Shown here one piece after another: positions 40,116 through 49,874 of a DNA stretch of 64,000 bases (positions are counted from its first letter, which is position 1; every line of letters starts with the position of its first letter). Source of the stretch: a virus; IMG/VR virus record IMGVR_UViG_3300033802_000463, positions 1 to 64,000 of that record. One strand, 5' to 3'. Under the pieces are notes generated by a model that saw nothing but the letters and a program-made list of their open reading frames with translations, made no database searches and was not told the DNA's origin. The translations under genes were made by a program, and so were the position numbers.

Positions 40116-40562
40116 TTACACTTTTCCGATGACTCGTTTCTTTCTTTCTACATGTTCCTGTCGATTTTTCAAAAATTCGCCGGCATGCTCTTCGGCATAC
40201 TTCATATAGTCAAAGAGCCAATCTTTTTTAGGTGTTTTTCCATCCGTAATTTGATGCATATCGAGAATGCGTTGGAGCGATTGTTCAACTTCAACATCTT
40301 CTGCTGTTAGACTCATGCCGTTCAGCTTTTTATTTGCGAGTCTGATGAAGGCAAACAAAATAAACTCCAATACGGAAGCGCCAATCGTCGGATTGACTTT
40401 CTCCGAAGCAATTTCAAACAAAACCTTGCTTACCAGCTTTTGTTCTTCCGGCGGCAGTTGCGAAAAGTTTTCTTGGTTGATTACACCGGATTCAATGCTT
40501 CGGCGAATCATCACTTCTGTTTGTTCTTCTTCGGGAATCAGACGAATACGTTCTCTTGCCAT
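40116..40562 (-). CDS. Hypothetical alpha-helical protein
   Basis: RBS GGAGG; last gene of the fibre cassette. Confidence 0.7.
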   Translation of the reverse strand: MARERIRLIPEEEQTEVMIRRSIESGVINQENFSQLPPEEQKLVSKVLFEIASEKVNPTIGASVLEFILFAFIRLANKKLNGMSLTAEDVEVEQSLQRILDMHQITDGKTPKKDWLFDYMKYAEEHAGEFLKNRQEHVERKKRVIGKV

Positions 40563-40581
40563 TGTCATTTCCTCCTTTTCA

Positions 40582-41202
40582 TTAAGTCCAGGTGAGCCCA
40601 TAACTTAACAGTTTTGTATCTGGACCAAGCTCAGCTTTGATACGAATATTTCGGCCCATTGGTGAATCGGCGGTGAAGTAGAACAATTCATTAGGGTGGA
40701 TGGTTTCCCAGGTTTCCCCGTCATCACGGGATATAAAATATGCTCCATTGAATATATTTGGATTTAGTGTATTTTCCTCAACAACTAATATTGCTTTCAC
40801 TGGAACGTAATCTGAAATTTCCGGAACCGTGACAATTGTAAAATTCTCAGATCCGCTTGCTTCCACCAAACCATTTTCCGTGTCAAGTCGATATCCGCTA
40901 CTTTTCGCTGAATCAATTCCGCTGGAGTCCAAGAAATCTTCAAAGATCATGTTGTGCATTTTGTATCTTATGGTTTTGGCCACCGCATTAAGTTTTGCAT
41001 GAGCTTTCATAATGTTGATTGCATCATTTACAATAAGCTTATCTGCCTTTGCCACAACTGCCTGCAGCGCATTCTCTAAGGCGTCAATACGACCCTTGAC
41101 GTGAGGGTATGTTCCTTCAATGCCAAGTCCCAGGATGTTCTCTCTTGTGTTTTTTTCGGTTTTTCCTGCTTTATTGGCAATACCAAAACTGATTACATCC
41201 AT
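40582..41202 (-). CDS. Fibre/adapter paralogue (MDVIS family)
   Basis: MDVISFG...YPHVKGRIDALE...YFISRDDGETW...LSYGLTWT. Confidence 0.7.
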   Translation of the reverse strand: MDVISFGIANKAGKTEKNTRENILGLGIEGTYPHVKGRIDALENALQAVVAKADKLIVNDAINIMKAHAKLNAVAKTIRYKMHNMIFEDFLDSSGIDSAKSSGYRLDTENGLVEASGSENFTIVTVPEISDYVPVKAILVVEENTLNPNIFNGAYFISRDDGETWETIHPNELFYFTADSPMGRNIRIKAELGPDTKLLSYGLTWT

Positions 41203-41218
41203 GCGGATTCACCTCTTT

Positions 41219-42985
41219 TTAAATCCAGGAGTAGGACAGGCCATGAAGCTCTTGTCCATTCTTCAATACTGCTTTGATGCGCAGTGCATTACCAGAAGGT
41301 AGATCATCCAGCTTTGACAAGACATCGGGCTCTATCTTCTTCCAAGTTACACCGTCATCTCTGGATACATAATATTCGGGAGCTTCTGGTTTCAAAAGAT
41401 CATAGAGCACAGACAAGTTTGTGATGCTTGGCGTCATGGTGTAGACTTTTTCGTTTACTGTAAGCTTGTCTACAGTGACAACATCAGTTGATTTATCTTG
41501 TTCCAGATAGAAAGCAAAGCGAACTTTACCATCAGGGATGAAAGATTGCCATTCAGATTTTGTAAGAGCATTGAGCTGAGCTGGAGTAAACCCATTAGCT
41601 TTCACGGCAGTTAAGTTGGCGGGATCAACGGACACCATACCATTGCCCTTCCATGTTACTCCACTATCCCCACTGACAAGGACTTTGATATCGGTGTTGC
41701 CTTGATTCACTTCAAACATTTTCAATTCATACATATACATAGCTGAAGAACTTTTGCCCGCAGTGACATTAATTCTATATTTTTTGTATGCCTTTGAGTT
41801 ACTGAAGGTAAATTCATTTTCGTAAATGCTTCCTGTACCTGTGAAATTGTAGTTGCTTCTAGTATCAAGCACTACCCATTGTGATCCGTCCCATCCTTCA
41901 AATGTCCAACTCATTGGATATGTGGTGGAAGATGTCACGATTGCATATTTTCCTATAATCTTCTCTGTCGGAAACTCATAGGATAGCCATTGTGGATATG
42001 AAACGATAAGCCATGAATCATTCGTGACACCGTTAAAGGCCATATAAGGATAGGTGTTACTTGTTCCATGTGTATAACTCGCCTCTACTTTTCCAGATGG
42101 AGTAGTGGCACTCGTCATCACTGGGATGGCATTGTTACTTGAATATCCACCAATCGCTGTTGCATCCAATTTCACACTTTCTACTTCTCCTACTGTTAGA
42201 TCTCCTACTGGAAGAACAAGTTTAGCTTTAGGAATAGCAGTCATATTGAGGGTGCGGGAAATAGAATCCCCTTCTTCATTCGTCCAACACAATAACTCAG
42301 GTGTATCTGATGTTAATTGTTGAATAGCTGCATTATCTATCAAAGAGAGATCTGTCATACCATCTGTATCAAACATTGCTTTGGTGACGGGTGCGGTGCC
42401 GACAACTATCCACCCACCACTATTATATTCAAACATTTCAATTTCCCGAACCGCCCAGTTAGAAACGGGAGCGGAGTTAGCCAAAAGCCTCCAATATCGA
42501 CTTGCAGGCGCATCTGCAAATTCAATGGTTTCGGTTAGAAGAGTAGCGGTAACTTGTAAAGGTTTTGTATCAACATCAGCCCAAGTCACATTATCATCTG
42601 AACGCTGTATCTTTACACTAGACACCTTATAGTTGGTTTCAGTACCTGATGTTCCTAAGTGTTGTGTGATAGTAAATTTCTTGATTTTTTTGGCTGTTCC
42701 AAAATCATATCCAATCGCCGCTGCCCCATTTGCTGCGGCACCTGATTGAGCAGACACCCAAACATCAGACAAAGAATCATTAAAAGCATAAGATGCGGCA
42801 CGTGCTGTTGATAAATCTCCATTGGAGATAGCGGCTCCTCCTACACAAACATCAGAAGTAGAATACCCAGGCATAACATATTTCTTTATATCTGTTCCAT
42901 CTTGGATGAGATATTTATTTGAAATCATATTAATCCATTGTGTAACATCGGCAGTTTTATCCCATTCTACGGCTATAATGGTCAT
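41219..42985 (-). CDS. Putative receptor-binding/fibre protein with two F5/8 (discoidin)-like domains
   Basis: YAFND...W...IGYDFG...S.D...W...RYWRL and MAFNG...W...WLSYEF...P.SWTFEG.D...YKKYRI; start overlaps the RT stop (ATGA). Confidence 0.8.
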   Translation of the reverse strand: MTIIAVEWDKTADVTQWINMISNKYLIQDGTDIKKYVMPGYSTSDVCVGGAAISNGDLSTARAASYAFNDSLSDVWVSAQSGAAANGAAAIGYDFGTAKKIKKFTITQHLGTSGTETNYKVSSVKIQRSDDNVTWADVDTKPLQVTATLLTETIEFADAPASRYWRLLANSAPVSNWAVREIEMFEYNSGGWIVVGTAPVTKAMFDTDGMTDLSLIDNAAIQQLTSDTPELLCWTNEEGDSISRTLNMTAIPKAKLVLPVGDLTVGEVESVKLDATAIGGYSSNNAIPVMTSATTPSGKVEASYTHGTSNTYPYMAFNGVTNDSWLIVSYPQWLSYEFPTEKIIGKYAIVTSSTTYPMSWTFEGWDGSQWVVLDTRSNYNFTGTGSIYENEFTFSNSKAYKKYRINVTAGKSSSAMYMYELKMFEVNQGNTDIKVLVSGDSGVTWKGNGMVSVDPANLTAVKANGFTPAQLNALTKSEWQSFIPDGKVRFAFYLEQDKSTDVVTVDKLTVNEKVYTMTPSITNLSVLYDLLKPEAPEYYVSRDDGVTWKKIEPDVLSKLDDLPSGNALRIKAVLKNGQELHGLSYSWI

Positions 42986-43986
42986 TTTTTCACCTTCTTT
43001 AAAAGTGGCGTAATGCATTTCTTTTCTAAATTATATCCGTTTGCCCATTTGATCCAACCACTATAACTCATTATGCTAGACAGATCATAATGATCAATAT
43101 ATGCTTTCTTTCGCAATTTCCTCATTTTCTTCTTAACCTTTTTCGCAATTGATTTTCTCAATAATGTATAATTTCCAAAACTTCGATAACCAACAAAGTC
43201 TACACCTCTTATATATGTCGGGAACACTTGCCAATTTTTCTTGAGTTGCAAATTTAATTGGTCAGATAAATAATTTTCGATTTCTTTTCGGAGTCGATGA
43301 AGAAAATTTTTATCATGATGTAGGATAACTATATCATCCATGTATCGCAAGTAATACTTGATTTTCTTTTCTTCTTTTATCCAATGATCAAAATAGGAAA
43401 GATAAAAATTTCCAAAATACTGAGAGAGATAATTTCCAATCGGTACTCCTCGATCACAACTATCAATAATTTCATCTAAAATCCAAAGTAGATTCTTATC
43501 TTTGAATTTTTTTCTTAATAATTGTTTAAGAATTTCTTTATCAATGGAAGGAAAGAATTTATTTATATCTAACTTCAAACAATATTTTGTTCCTTCTTGA
43601 TCCATCATAAACTGATGAAGTCTTTGTAATGCCTTATGTGTTCCTTTGTTTGGCAAAGCCGCATACGTATCATGAATAAAAGTTTTTAAGAAAATATCTT
43701 CAATTTGAAGCATAATTGCCCAATGAACGATACGATCAGGATAATAAGGAAGTTTGTATATTTCTCTTTCCTTCCCACTGTCCTGTATCGTAAATATGGT
43801 ATATGGTGAAGTTTTGTATGTTTTATTGGTCAACATAGTTTGAATATGAAAAAGATAGAAATCTGGATCTTGATCGACCATTTTGACTTCTTGATAAAAT
43901 GTTTTATTTTTGCGAGCTTTCTGGTGCGCTAATCGTAAGTTGTCGATATCTGTAATTTTATCAAAGATTCGGCCATGTCTTTTCAT
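42982..43986 (-). CDS. DGR-type reverse transcriptase
   Basis: KEREI...YPDRIVHWA, LKLDINKFFPSI, GVPIGNYLSQ (DGR SQ motif), YLRYMDD, GVDFVGY; adjacent to the TR. Confidence 0.97.
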   Translation of the reverse strand: MKRHGRIFDKITDIDNLRLAHQKARKNKTFYQEVKMVDQDPDFYLFHIQTMLTNKTYKTSPYTIFTIQDSGKEREIYKLPYYPDRIVHWAIMLQIEDIFLKTFIHDTYAALPNKGTHKALQRLHQFMMDQEGTKYCLKLDINKFFPSIDKEILKQLLRKKFKDKNLLWILDEIIDSCDRGVPIGNYLSQYFGNFYLSYFDHWIKEEKKIKYYLRYMDDIVILHHDKNFLHRLRKEIENYLSDQLNLQLKKNWQVFPTYIRGVDFVGYRSFGNYTLLRKSIAKKVKKKMRKLRKKAYIDHYDLSSIMSYSGWIKWANGYNLEKKCITPLLKKVKK

Positions 43987-44118
43987 TTTATCAATTCCTT
44001 TTGTGTGCTCTGATATTGGATGTTCAGATTACTTACTAATCCAATGTACTGATGCAAGTTGTGTGTTCGACCAAGCGGTCAGGCAAGTGGGGTTACACCA
44101 TGAATAATTGCACACAAT
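43987..44118 (-). ncRNA. Structured DGR spacer RNA between TR and RT
   Basis: Closed by an 8-bp pairing TTGTGTGC/GCACACAA (44001-44008 with 44110-44117); internal GACC-gctt-GGTC and ATTGGAT/ATCCAAT stems. Confidence 0.6.
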
Positions 44119-44248
44119 AGGTGGGTGCCAATATTCGAGTTCACATTAGACGCCACATTATTCAAGTGGAGATTGAACGTGCCTGCATTCGAACCATTAC
44201 TCCAATTGCCGCCAAAATTGGCGACCCGACCCGAATACAGATTCCCAT
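44119..44248 (-). repeat. DGR template repeat (TR)
   Basis: 130-bp ungapped repeat of 44298-44427; rich in AAT/AAC codons in the target frame; all 20 mismatches are at TR adenines on the coding strand. Confidence 0.97.
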
Positions 44249-44287
44249 TTTACTTGCCTATATTGGCAATATTAACATAAATTTATT

Positions 44288-45328
44288 CTATAGAGCAAGG
44301 CGGGCGCCAATACTCGAGCTCACACTAGACGCCACACTAAACAAGCGGAGACTGAACGCGCCCGCAAGCGAACCAAAACTCCAATCGCCGCCAAAATAGG
44401 CGACCCGACCCGAATACAGAGCCCCATAATCATATAATTTAGACGTAGCAGTTCCTGAAAAAGTCTTACCAATAAATCCTAACTGTGGTTCAGATTGAAT
44501 ATCACTAATATATCCTCCTGTGTTTGGAATAGTTACTGTAAATTTTTGATATCCAGTTCCTGCATCATTAAAGCCTTTATTTCCAATTAAGATACCAGTT
44601 GAATCAGTCACAATTCCATCAATAAAGTAAAAGATATTGCCCCAATAGTCTTCAATTCCTCGATATGACATTTGTTGTTTTCCTGTTGTTTCGCCATAAG
44701 AGTGATTACCTTTATTTAATGTTCCGCCTGTATTGATTGATGCAGTATTTCCATCAACATATCCTCTGCCAATTTTCGTTTGTGAGTCAAAATGACCATA
44801 TTCTATCAAATAAAGCAATTGCACGGCATATAAAAGATTATAATCGACAAGTCCCCATCCATTACCTCTTGCTTGTGCTTGTGATCGAAAAGTTCCAATC
44901 GTTTGTGAAACAGTTGGCGATTTATTAGGTAAAGACTCTAATTTTCCTGCGTTATTGTATCCCATGAAGGCGGAGTAATAGCGAAAATCCACTTCTTCAG
45001 CAATTCCGTCACCATCTCGGTCACGATAAAAGGCAGGGTGAACTTCATATCCTTCTGCCGGCCCGGAAGAAATATAAAATCGAAATCCCATTTTACTTCC
45101 TTCGGTAAAAGGCTCTTTTTTATACCAAAACTTTGGAATTTCCACCATGACTTGACCATTGGCTCCTGTTAAATTCGCTGTTGTCCCATCAGCCTTTTTC
45201 GTCGAATCATTTGGATCTAAATAATAATTGACTGTTCCATTGTCTAAAACCAAACAACGTTTCATTCCAGCCCAAGGCATGGTTGTATTAAAATCTACAG
45301 GTGGCGTGGTTGTGTATTGCAATGCCAT
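44288..45328 (-). CDS. DGR target protein, C-type-lectin-fold receptor-binding (tropism-determinant-like) protein
   Basis: GQVMVEIPKFWY, YRGIEDYWGNIFYFIDG, C-terminal FGGDW...AGAF...IGARL encoded by the VR. Confidence 0.92.
   Translation of the reverse strand: MALQYTTTPPVDFNTTMPWAGMKRCLVLDNGTVNYYLDPNDSTKKADGTTANLTGANGQVMVEIPKFWYKKEPFTEGSKMGFRFYISSGPAEGYEVHPAFYRDRDGDGIAEEVDFRYYSAFMGYNNAGKLESLPNKSPTVSQTIGTFRSQAQARGNGWGLVDYNLLYAVQLLYLIEYGHFDSQTKIGRGYVDGNTASINTGGTLNKGNHSYGETTGKQQMSYRGIEDYWGNIFYFIDGIVTDSTGILIGNKGFNDAGTGYQKFTVTIPNTGGYISDIQSEPQLGFIGKTFSGTATSKLYDYGALYSGRVAYFGGDWSFGSLAGAFSLRLFSVASSVSSSIGARLAL
44298..44427 (-). repeat. DGR variable repeat (VR) in the 3' end of the target gene
   Basis: Differs from the TR by 12 A>G, 6 A>T and 2 A>C changes. 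Confidence 0.97.
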
Positions 45329-45329
45329 T

Positions 45330-46394
45330 TTAAACTACCTCCAGTTTCTCAATCGATTTGAATTGATTTTTATTAATGACTGTTCGAAGCAATGTTCCTG
45401 TTTCGACCCATGCGGGATCTACATTGAATGACTGTGTGTAATTTGTTTTCAATTTCAGTGATCCATTAAATATAACCTGTTCATCGGATTGGAAAAGATT
45501 CTTCTCGTTTGAATCAAAATCATACATCGTTTTTGGATTGATCATTCCATCGGCTTGCAATTCGATTTTTATTTTCAAAAATCTTCCATGAGGAGAACTA
45601 ATCGTACCGTCTGAATTAACTGGACTGAATGGTAAAAATGACTGATTATCCATAGAAGTTGATACATAGACAGTCGCTTTAGTAGGATCTGAAGATGTGT
45701 AAATGATTTTATAAATCGATTTGTAATTGTCCCCTAAATCAATGACAGGAGATTCCCATGTCCCTGTTGAGTAATAAATGCCGGGTTCTTTTTCTGCAAT
45801 CTTGATTGTATAACTATCGCTGGATATCACAATCCATTGTGTTGTATCTGCTGATTGTTCCCATTCCATTCCGATGCTTCCTGGATTTTTTATTGCAATC
45901 GTTTGTTGATGATTTCCTTGTTGTAAATTAATAATTTTGTCATCCTGCGTTTTTGCATTACTTGCTTGAGATACAACAATCATTGTAGGATCTGAAGAAG
46001 TGGTTTCTGCTGTGGTTACGACCTCGGCTTGTGTTTGACCTGGATCGATTTTGACTTTCTTTCCCGCAGCGTCAAACAAGAAACCAGTGGACTTGGCTTT
46101 ATCGATCCCTGTGTCATCTCCGAAGTCATCGAAGGCCAAATCGGTCATGCCGTATCGGTTCTTATTAACCACGGCATTCATGCGAAGATTGTGTTTATTT
46201 ATATTAGCTGCTGTGTTTGCTTCCACATCCGACACACGATTGTAAAGTGTCACATGCGGATCTTTTTTCTCCAATTCTTCCAGCCTTGTTTTTACATTGG
46301 GATATATATCTTGAACGCCATCACCAAGACGTGTATTAACTTTTTGCACTGCTCTCTTGGCATGGTTTGCTTTCCCCAAAGAGATGATATCCAT
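45330..46394 (-). CDS. Fibre/adapter paralogue (MDIIS family) directly upstream of the DGR target
   Basis: MDIISLGKA...YPNVKTRLEELE; GTWESPVIDLG; C-terminal GTLLRTVINKNQFKSIEKL. Confidence 0.75.
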   Translation of the reverse strand: MDIISLGKANHAKRAVQKVNTRLGDGVQDIYPNVKTRLEELEKKDPHVTLYNRVSDVEANTAANINKHNLRMNAVVNKNRYGMTDLAFDDFGDDTGIDKAKSTGFLFDAAGKKVKIDPGQTQAEVVTTAETTSSDPTMIVVSQASNAKTQDDKIINLQQGNHQQTIAIKNPGSIGMEWEQSADTTQWIVISSDSYTIKIAEKEPGIYYSTGTWESPVIDLGDNYKSIYKIIYTSSDPTKATVYVSTSMDNQSFLPFSPVNSDGTISSPHGRFLKIKIELQADGMINPKTMYDFDSNEKNLFQSDEQVIFNGSLKLKTNYTQSFNVDPAWVETGTLLRTVINKNQFKSIEKLEVV

Positions 46395-46427
46395 ACACAT
46401 AACACTCCTTTATGAACGCATGGGCGA

Positions 46428-49400
46428 TTAAGCCCATGCGTATGACAATGCAGTCAGAGTTGATTGGTCATCAGGCAGTGTAACCCTTATCTTGAGCTCA
46501 TTCCCTTGTTGATTTGTAATGTCTTTCAACTCCTCAATATTGATATTATACCATGTAATTCCCCCGTCCAGTGAGTATTCGAATTTACATCCATGATGAT
46601 CTGCATTTACTATCAGCACGCTTCGATTGTCTGGAAGAGATTCCATATCAGTTTCAATGATTCCTGGGCCCTGATAGTCTTTGGTCGATGGCCGATACAA
46701 GCTTCCTTCAACTCTAATCATGCTATCGTCTTCAAAAGTATCAACGACCATATCATGCAATTTATATTTTTCCGAATTGAGCAATGCATTGCTCTTGAAG
46801 TTGAGCTTTGCGATATTGATGGCGTTGATGCGTTCCAGATCCTGAAGCCGCCCTTCGAGCGTAATCGCTTCGTAAGTGATGGTGATCGATTCTAGCGATG
46901 GAGTGCTGGTTGCTGCGCCTTTCGGCGTGTACCCAATAAGACTCACGCTTGGAACATCGGCTAATGTGTTTTGTTCAAGATAATAGGCGAAACGAATTGT
47001 TTTGGATGACCCCAGGTAAGTGTTCCACTCTTCTTGCGTAATAGCATTCAAAACATTCGGCGTCATACCAAACGATCTAACCTTATCGAGATCATTCAGA
47101 TTCACATGAACAAACTCAGACCCCACCTTGGCCTGCCAAGTCTGTCCAGAGTCTTTGCTTACAAATGCAAGAATTTTGCTTGTACCTGGTGCTGTAGCTG
47201 TCAGTGTAAAGTCATTAATACCCTGACCAGGAATATCAATATCTCCAATTGGCATAATCACCTGATCATTTGGTATGGCTTCCAATGCAATCATGTCACT
47301 CGTGCTTTCCTGGTCGTCAGTCCACATCAAAATCTTTGGATGATTGGAAGACAGAAGCTGAATTGCAGTCTCATCAATGCTTAAGAGACGGCTCATTCCT
47401 TTTAGATTAAACATTTCTTCTGTTGCTGGTGCATCTCCTACAGTCTCCCATCGATAAGCAAATGAGACATCACTGCTCCATTGCACATTCGTTAATGTGC
47501 CTGTTGCTTGGGTGATTTTCTCCGTGGTGGTGCTTCCAGTTGCTTCATCAAATGTCCAGTAATGAACGATCCCGTTTTCATCGCCTTTCAAATAGATATT
47601 TCTGTAATAGGTGATCTCCTCTTTCGTTAACGCTCTACTCCAGATTGAAATATCGTCAATATTGCCATTGAATTTGTACTGGTCAGATATGAGATGAGCT
47701 CCAATAATGGTATTGCCTCGAACCAGACTTGGACTCATGATGGTCGAATTTCCGGAAGGTAAACCATCTACGAAAACCTGAATCATTCCACCATTATGAA
47801 CAACCGCAACCTGATGCCACTTACCATCATTCACGGCGATTGTTGAGTTTGTTCCACCCACGGCGTACAAATCAAATCTTACGAAGCCTTCGGGAGTCAG
47901 ATAGAAGAATAAGCTTTGATTTTTCTGTTCGGCCCCGAAATCAATAATCTCTTGCCGCTTGCCACTGGAGCTGGTCTTGATCATGGCAATGATGGTAAAA
48001 TCACCAGAACCAGTTATTGGAGAGGTTGAGCAGAGCACCTGTCCATTTCCATTGAATTTAAGAGAGCTGCCTGGCAAGAGAGAATACCTCTTAATCTTTC
48101 CATTATCCTCAACAAGAAACTTACGAATGGGTGTTTTTTCAATGATAAGAATCGGCCGGAACCCGGTCAATGCGCCACTATAGCTGCTCGCAGTTGAAGA
48201 CCATTTAGCAAGACTGGGCTGATCTGATCTGTTATTGTAACCACGAACAACTCTTGTATCAGTGGATGTATCTGTCGATGTTGGTGAAGTGGATGTGATG
48301 GAATAAAGGTTGTTTTGATTCCACACATACACGTCACCTGGAATAATCGAACCTTCAAGATCAGAGCCTTCAACATACCTATCCCACTCATTATCTTTGT
48401 CAGCGTTATTGATGCCGCCAGTCGGAAGACGAAGATACAAATTCGAATTACTGTCATCGACAAACAAGTGATTAGCCAACAATCCGCTCCCGCTTGCTAC
48501 GCCTGCAGTGTTTAATGCATCATAACTAATGGTGTGTTGCAGGTTTCGATCTGCCAGAAGCTTTAATCGTCCATTTTCTCTGTCAAAATCAACGCAGATA
48601 AAATAGAAATCACCGTCTGGAGCAACTGATGATGTTGCTGGAATAAAGTCTTTGTTTTCTTGCCCGAGCCCATAAAATGATCCGAGAGCTCCTGGTGAAA
48701 CGACTTTGTATCCACACCGAATACGCTTGCCAACTGTCAATCCGTTAACAGAAAGAACTTCATCCAGATGCAAAAGACGGCCGTTTTCATCAATATCAAT
48801 GGCGTCCACGATCATTTGTGACACCGTGTTTGCAGTTATTTTGACAAGATGTTCCCCATCTGGCAGGTCATTCTTTTCATAAAGGACAGTTTGGTATCTA
48901 CCGATCGCATCATAGCCACGAATACTGATGATTTCTTCAATCCCGTCGATTTCTACTTTCACACTGTCAGAAGTAGCAGAACTCATATATCCAATCCATC
49001 TTAACTTGGTTCCTTTAAAGCGAAAAGTAAAGAACATGTTTTCTTTCGATGCATTGGTTTGGCCATATGCGGCTGTGCCGTGATAGGTTTTGTTGTACAT
49101 TTTTTCACTTTGAGTTGCGGATCCTACAAACCAATTACCGCCCCCGTAAGTGATGGCTGAATGCGAGTCATCATATCTTTTCCACCCATCTTCTACCCTA
49201 TCAAGGTATTCTCCAACCGTTATCTCATCTGAAGTTCCTTGCCAAATCTCAATATCATCAAGATCGCCAGTGAAAAATTGCTGATATGTGTTGGCATTTT
49301 GCGCGTGCATGCATCCGAGGACAAAGTTGCGCCCGTAATACGTAGGGTACGTATTCGGCGTATACATGGCACTATACGTGTGAGTGTTGTCTATGGCGAT

Positions 49401-49874
49401 AGAGATGATCCCATGCTCATTGTCATTGACAATTTTAATGTCGTGCCATTTATTATCACAAACATTTACGCCCTCAGTTATTATCGCATTGTACAAATTG
49501 GTCTTATCCTCGCCGACAACACGAAGGACCAGTGAACCTGGGCTTGGCCTATCATAGCCATGAATATAAAGACAGATGCCAGGCTCGATAGCCGTTTGAA
49601 CTGTTGTTCCTGTTGCAAAGATGACCTCAATAGCATTTGGGATGGCGGCCACTCTTAATTTCATCTTTAGAACAAACGATCCTCTAGGAATAATGGGATT
49701 CGAAAAAACGATCCTACTTGATGATGATGCAGTAAATCTCCTTGCATTCCCGAAACCTGCAGGGCCTGCAATGATTGTTGTGTTGGTGGCTGTGCCATTA
49801 TATTTCCCAAGTGCATCAACAACAGTCGTACCACTAGATTCGTCGAGTCTCCAAATCGCAACCTGTTTATTCAT
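46428..49874 (-). CDS. Multi-domain fibre/receptor-binding protein: LamG-like x2, jelly-roll, CLec-like domain and scaffold
   Basis: WRLDESSGTT...DNKWH...FTGDLDDIEIW; VNDGKWHQV...FNGNIDDISIWSRAL; VVRG...GFRPIL. Confidence 0.82.
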   Translation of the reverse strand: MNKQVAIWRLDESSGTTVVDALGKYNGTATNTTIIAGPAGFGNARRFTASSSSRIVFSNPIIPRGSFVLKMKLRVAAIPNAIEVIFATGTTVQTAIEPGICLYIHGYDRPSPGSLVLRVVGEDKTNLYNAIITEGVNVCDNKWHDIKIVNDNEHGIISIAIDNTHTYSAMYTPNTYPTYYGRNFVLGCMHAQNANTYQQFFTGDLDDIEIWQGTSDEITVGEYLDRVEDGWKRYDDSHSAITYGGGNWFVGSATQSEKMYNKTYHGTAAYGQTNASKENMFFTFRFKGTKLRWIGYMSSATSDSVKVEIDGIEEIISIRGYDAIGRYQTVLYEKNDLPDGEHLVKITANTVSQMIVDAIDIDENGRLLHLDEVLSVNGLTVGKRIRCGYKVVSPGALGSFYGLGQENKDFIPATSSVAPDGDFYFICVDFDRENGRLKLLADRNLQHTISYDALNTAGVASGSGLLANHLFVDDSNSNLYLRLPTGGINNADKDNEWDRYVEGSDLEGSIIPGDVYVWNQNNLYSITSTSPTSTDTSTDTRVVRGYNNRSDQPSLAKWSSTASSYSGALTGFRPILIIEKTPIRKFLVEDNGKIKRYSLLPGSSLKFNGNGQVLCSTSPITGSGDFTIIAMIKTSSSGKRQEIIDFGAEQKNQSLFFYLTPEGFVRFDLYAVGGTNSTIAVNDGKWHQVAVVHNGGMIQVFVDGLPSGNSTIMSPSLVRGNTIIGAHLISDQYKFNGNIDDISIWSRALTKEEITYYRNIYLKGDENGIVHYWTFDEATGSTTTEKITQATGTLTNVQWSSDVSFAYRWETVGDAPATEEMFNLKGMSRLLSIDETAIQLLSSNHPKILMWTDDQESTSDMIALEAIPNDQVIMPIGDIDIPGQGINDFTLTATAPGTSKILAFVSKDSGQTWQAKVGSEFVHVNLNDLDKVRSFGMTPNVLNAITQEEWNTYLGSSKTIRFAYYLEQNTLADVPSVSLIGYTPKGAATSTPSLESITITYEAITLEGRLQDLERINAINIAKLNFKSNALLNSEKYKLHDMVVDTFEDDSMIRVEGSLYRPSTKDYQGPGIIETDMESLPDNRSVLIVNADHHGCKFEYSLDGGITWYNINIEELKDITNQQGNELKIRVTLPDDQSTLTALSYAWA

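Larger units (their letters stand above)
42982..45328 (-). mobile_element. Diversity-generating retroelement (target-VR, TR, spacer, RT)
   Basis: TR/VR adenine-specific divergence plus a DGR-type RT. Confidence 0.96.

Noticed and set aside
42982-43986. RT as a group II intron, retron or Abi RT
   Set aside because: It is short, has the SQ motif, lacks a maturase/endonuclease extension, and has a clear TR/VR pair next to it.
44121-44399. 92-aa plus-strand ORF over the TR/VR as a possible avd
   Set aside because: It is antisense to the operon, overlaps both repeats, and does not resemble a four-helix bundle.
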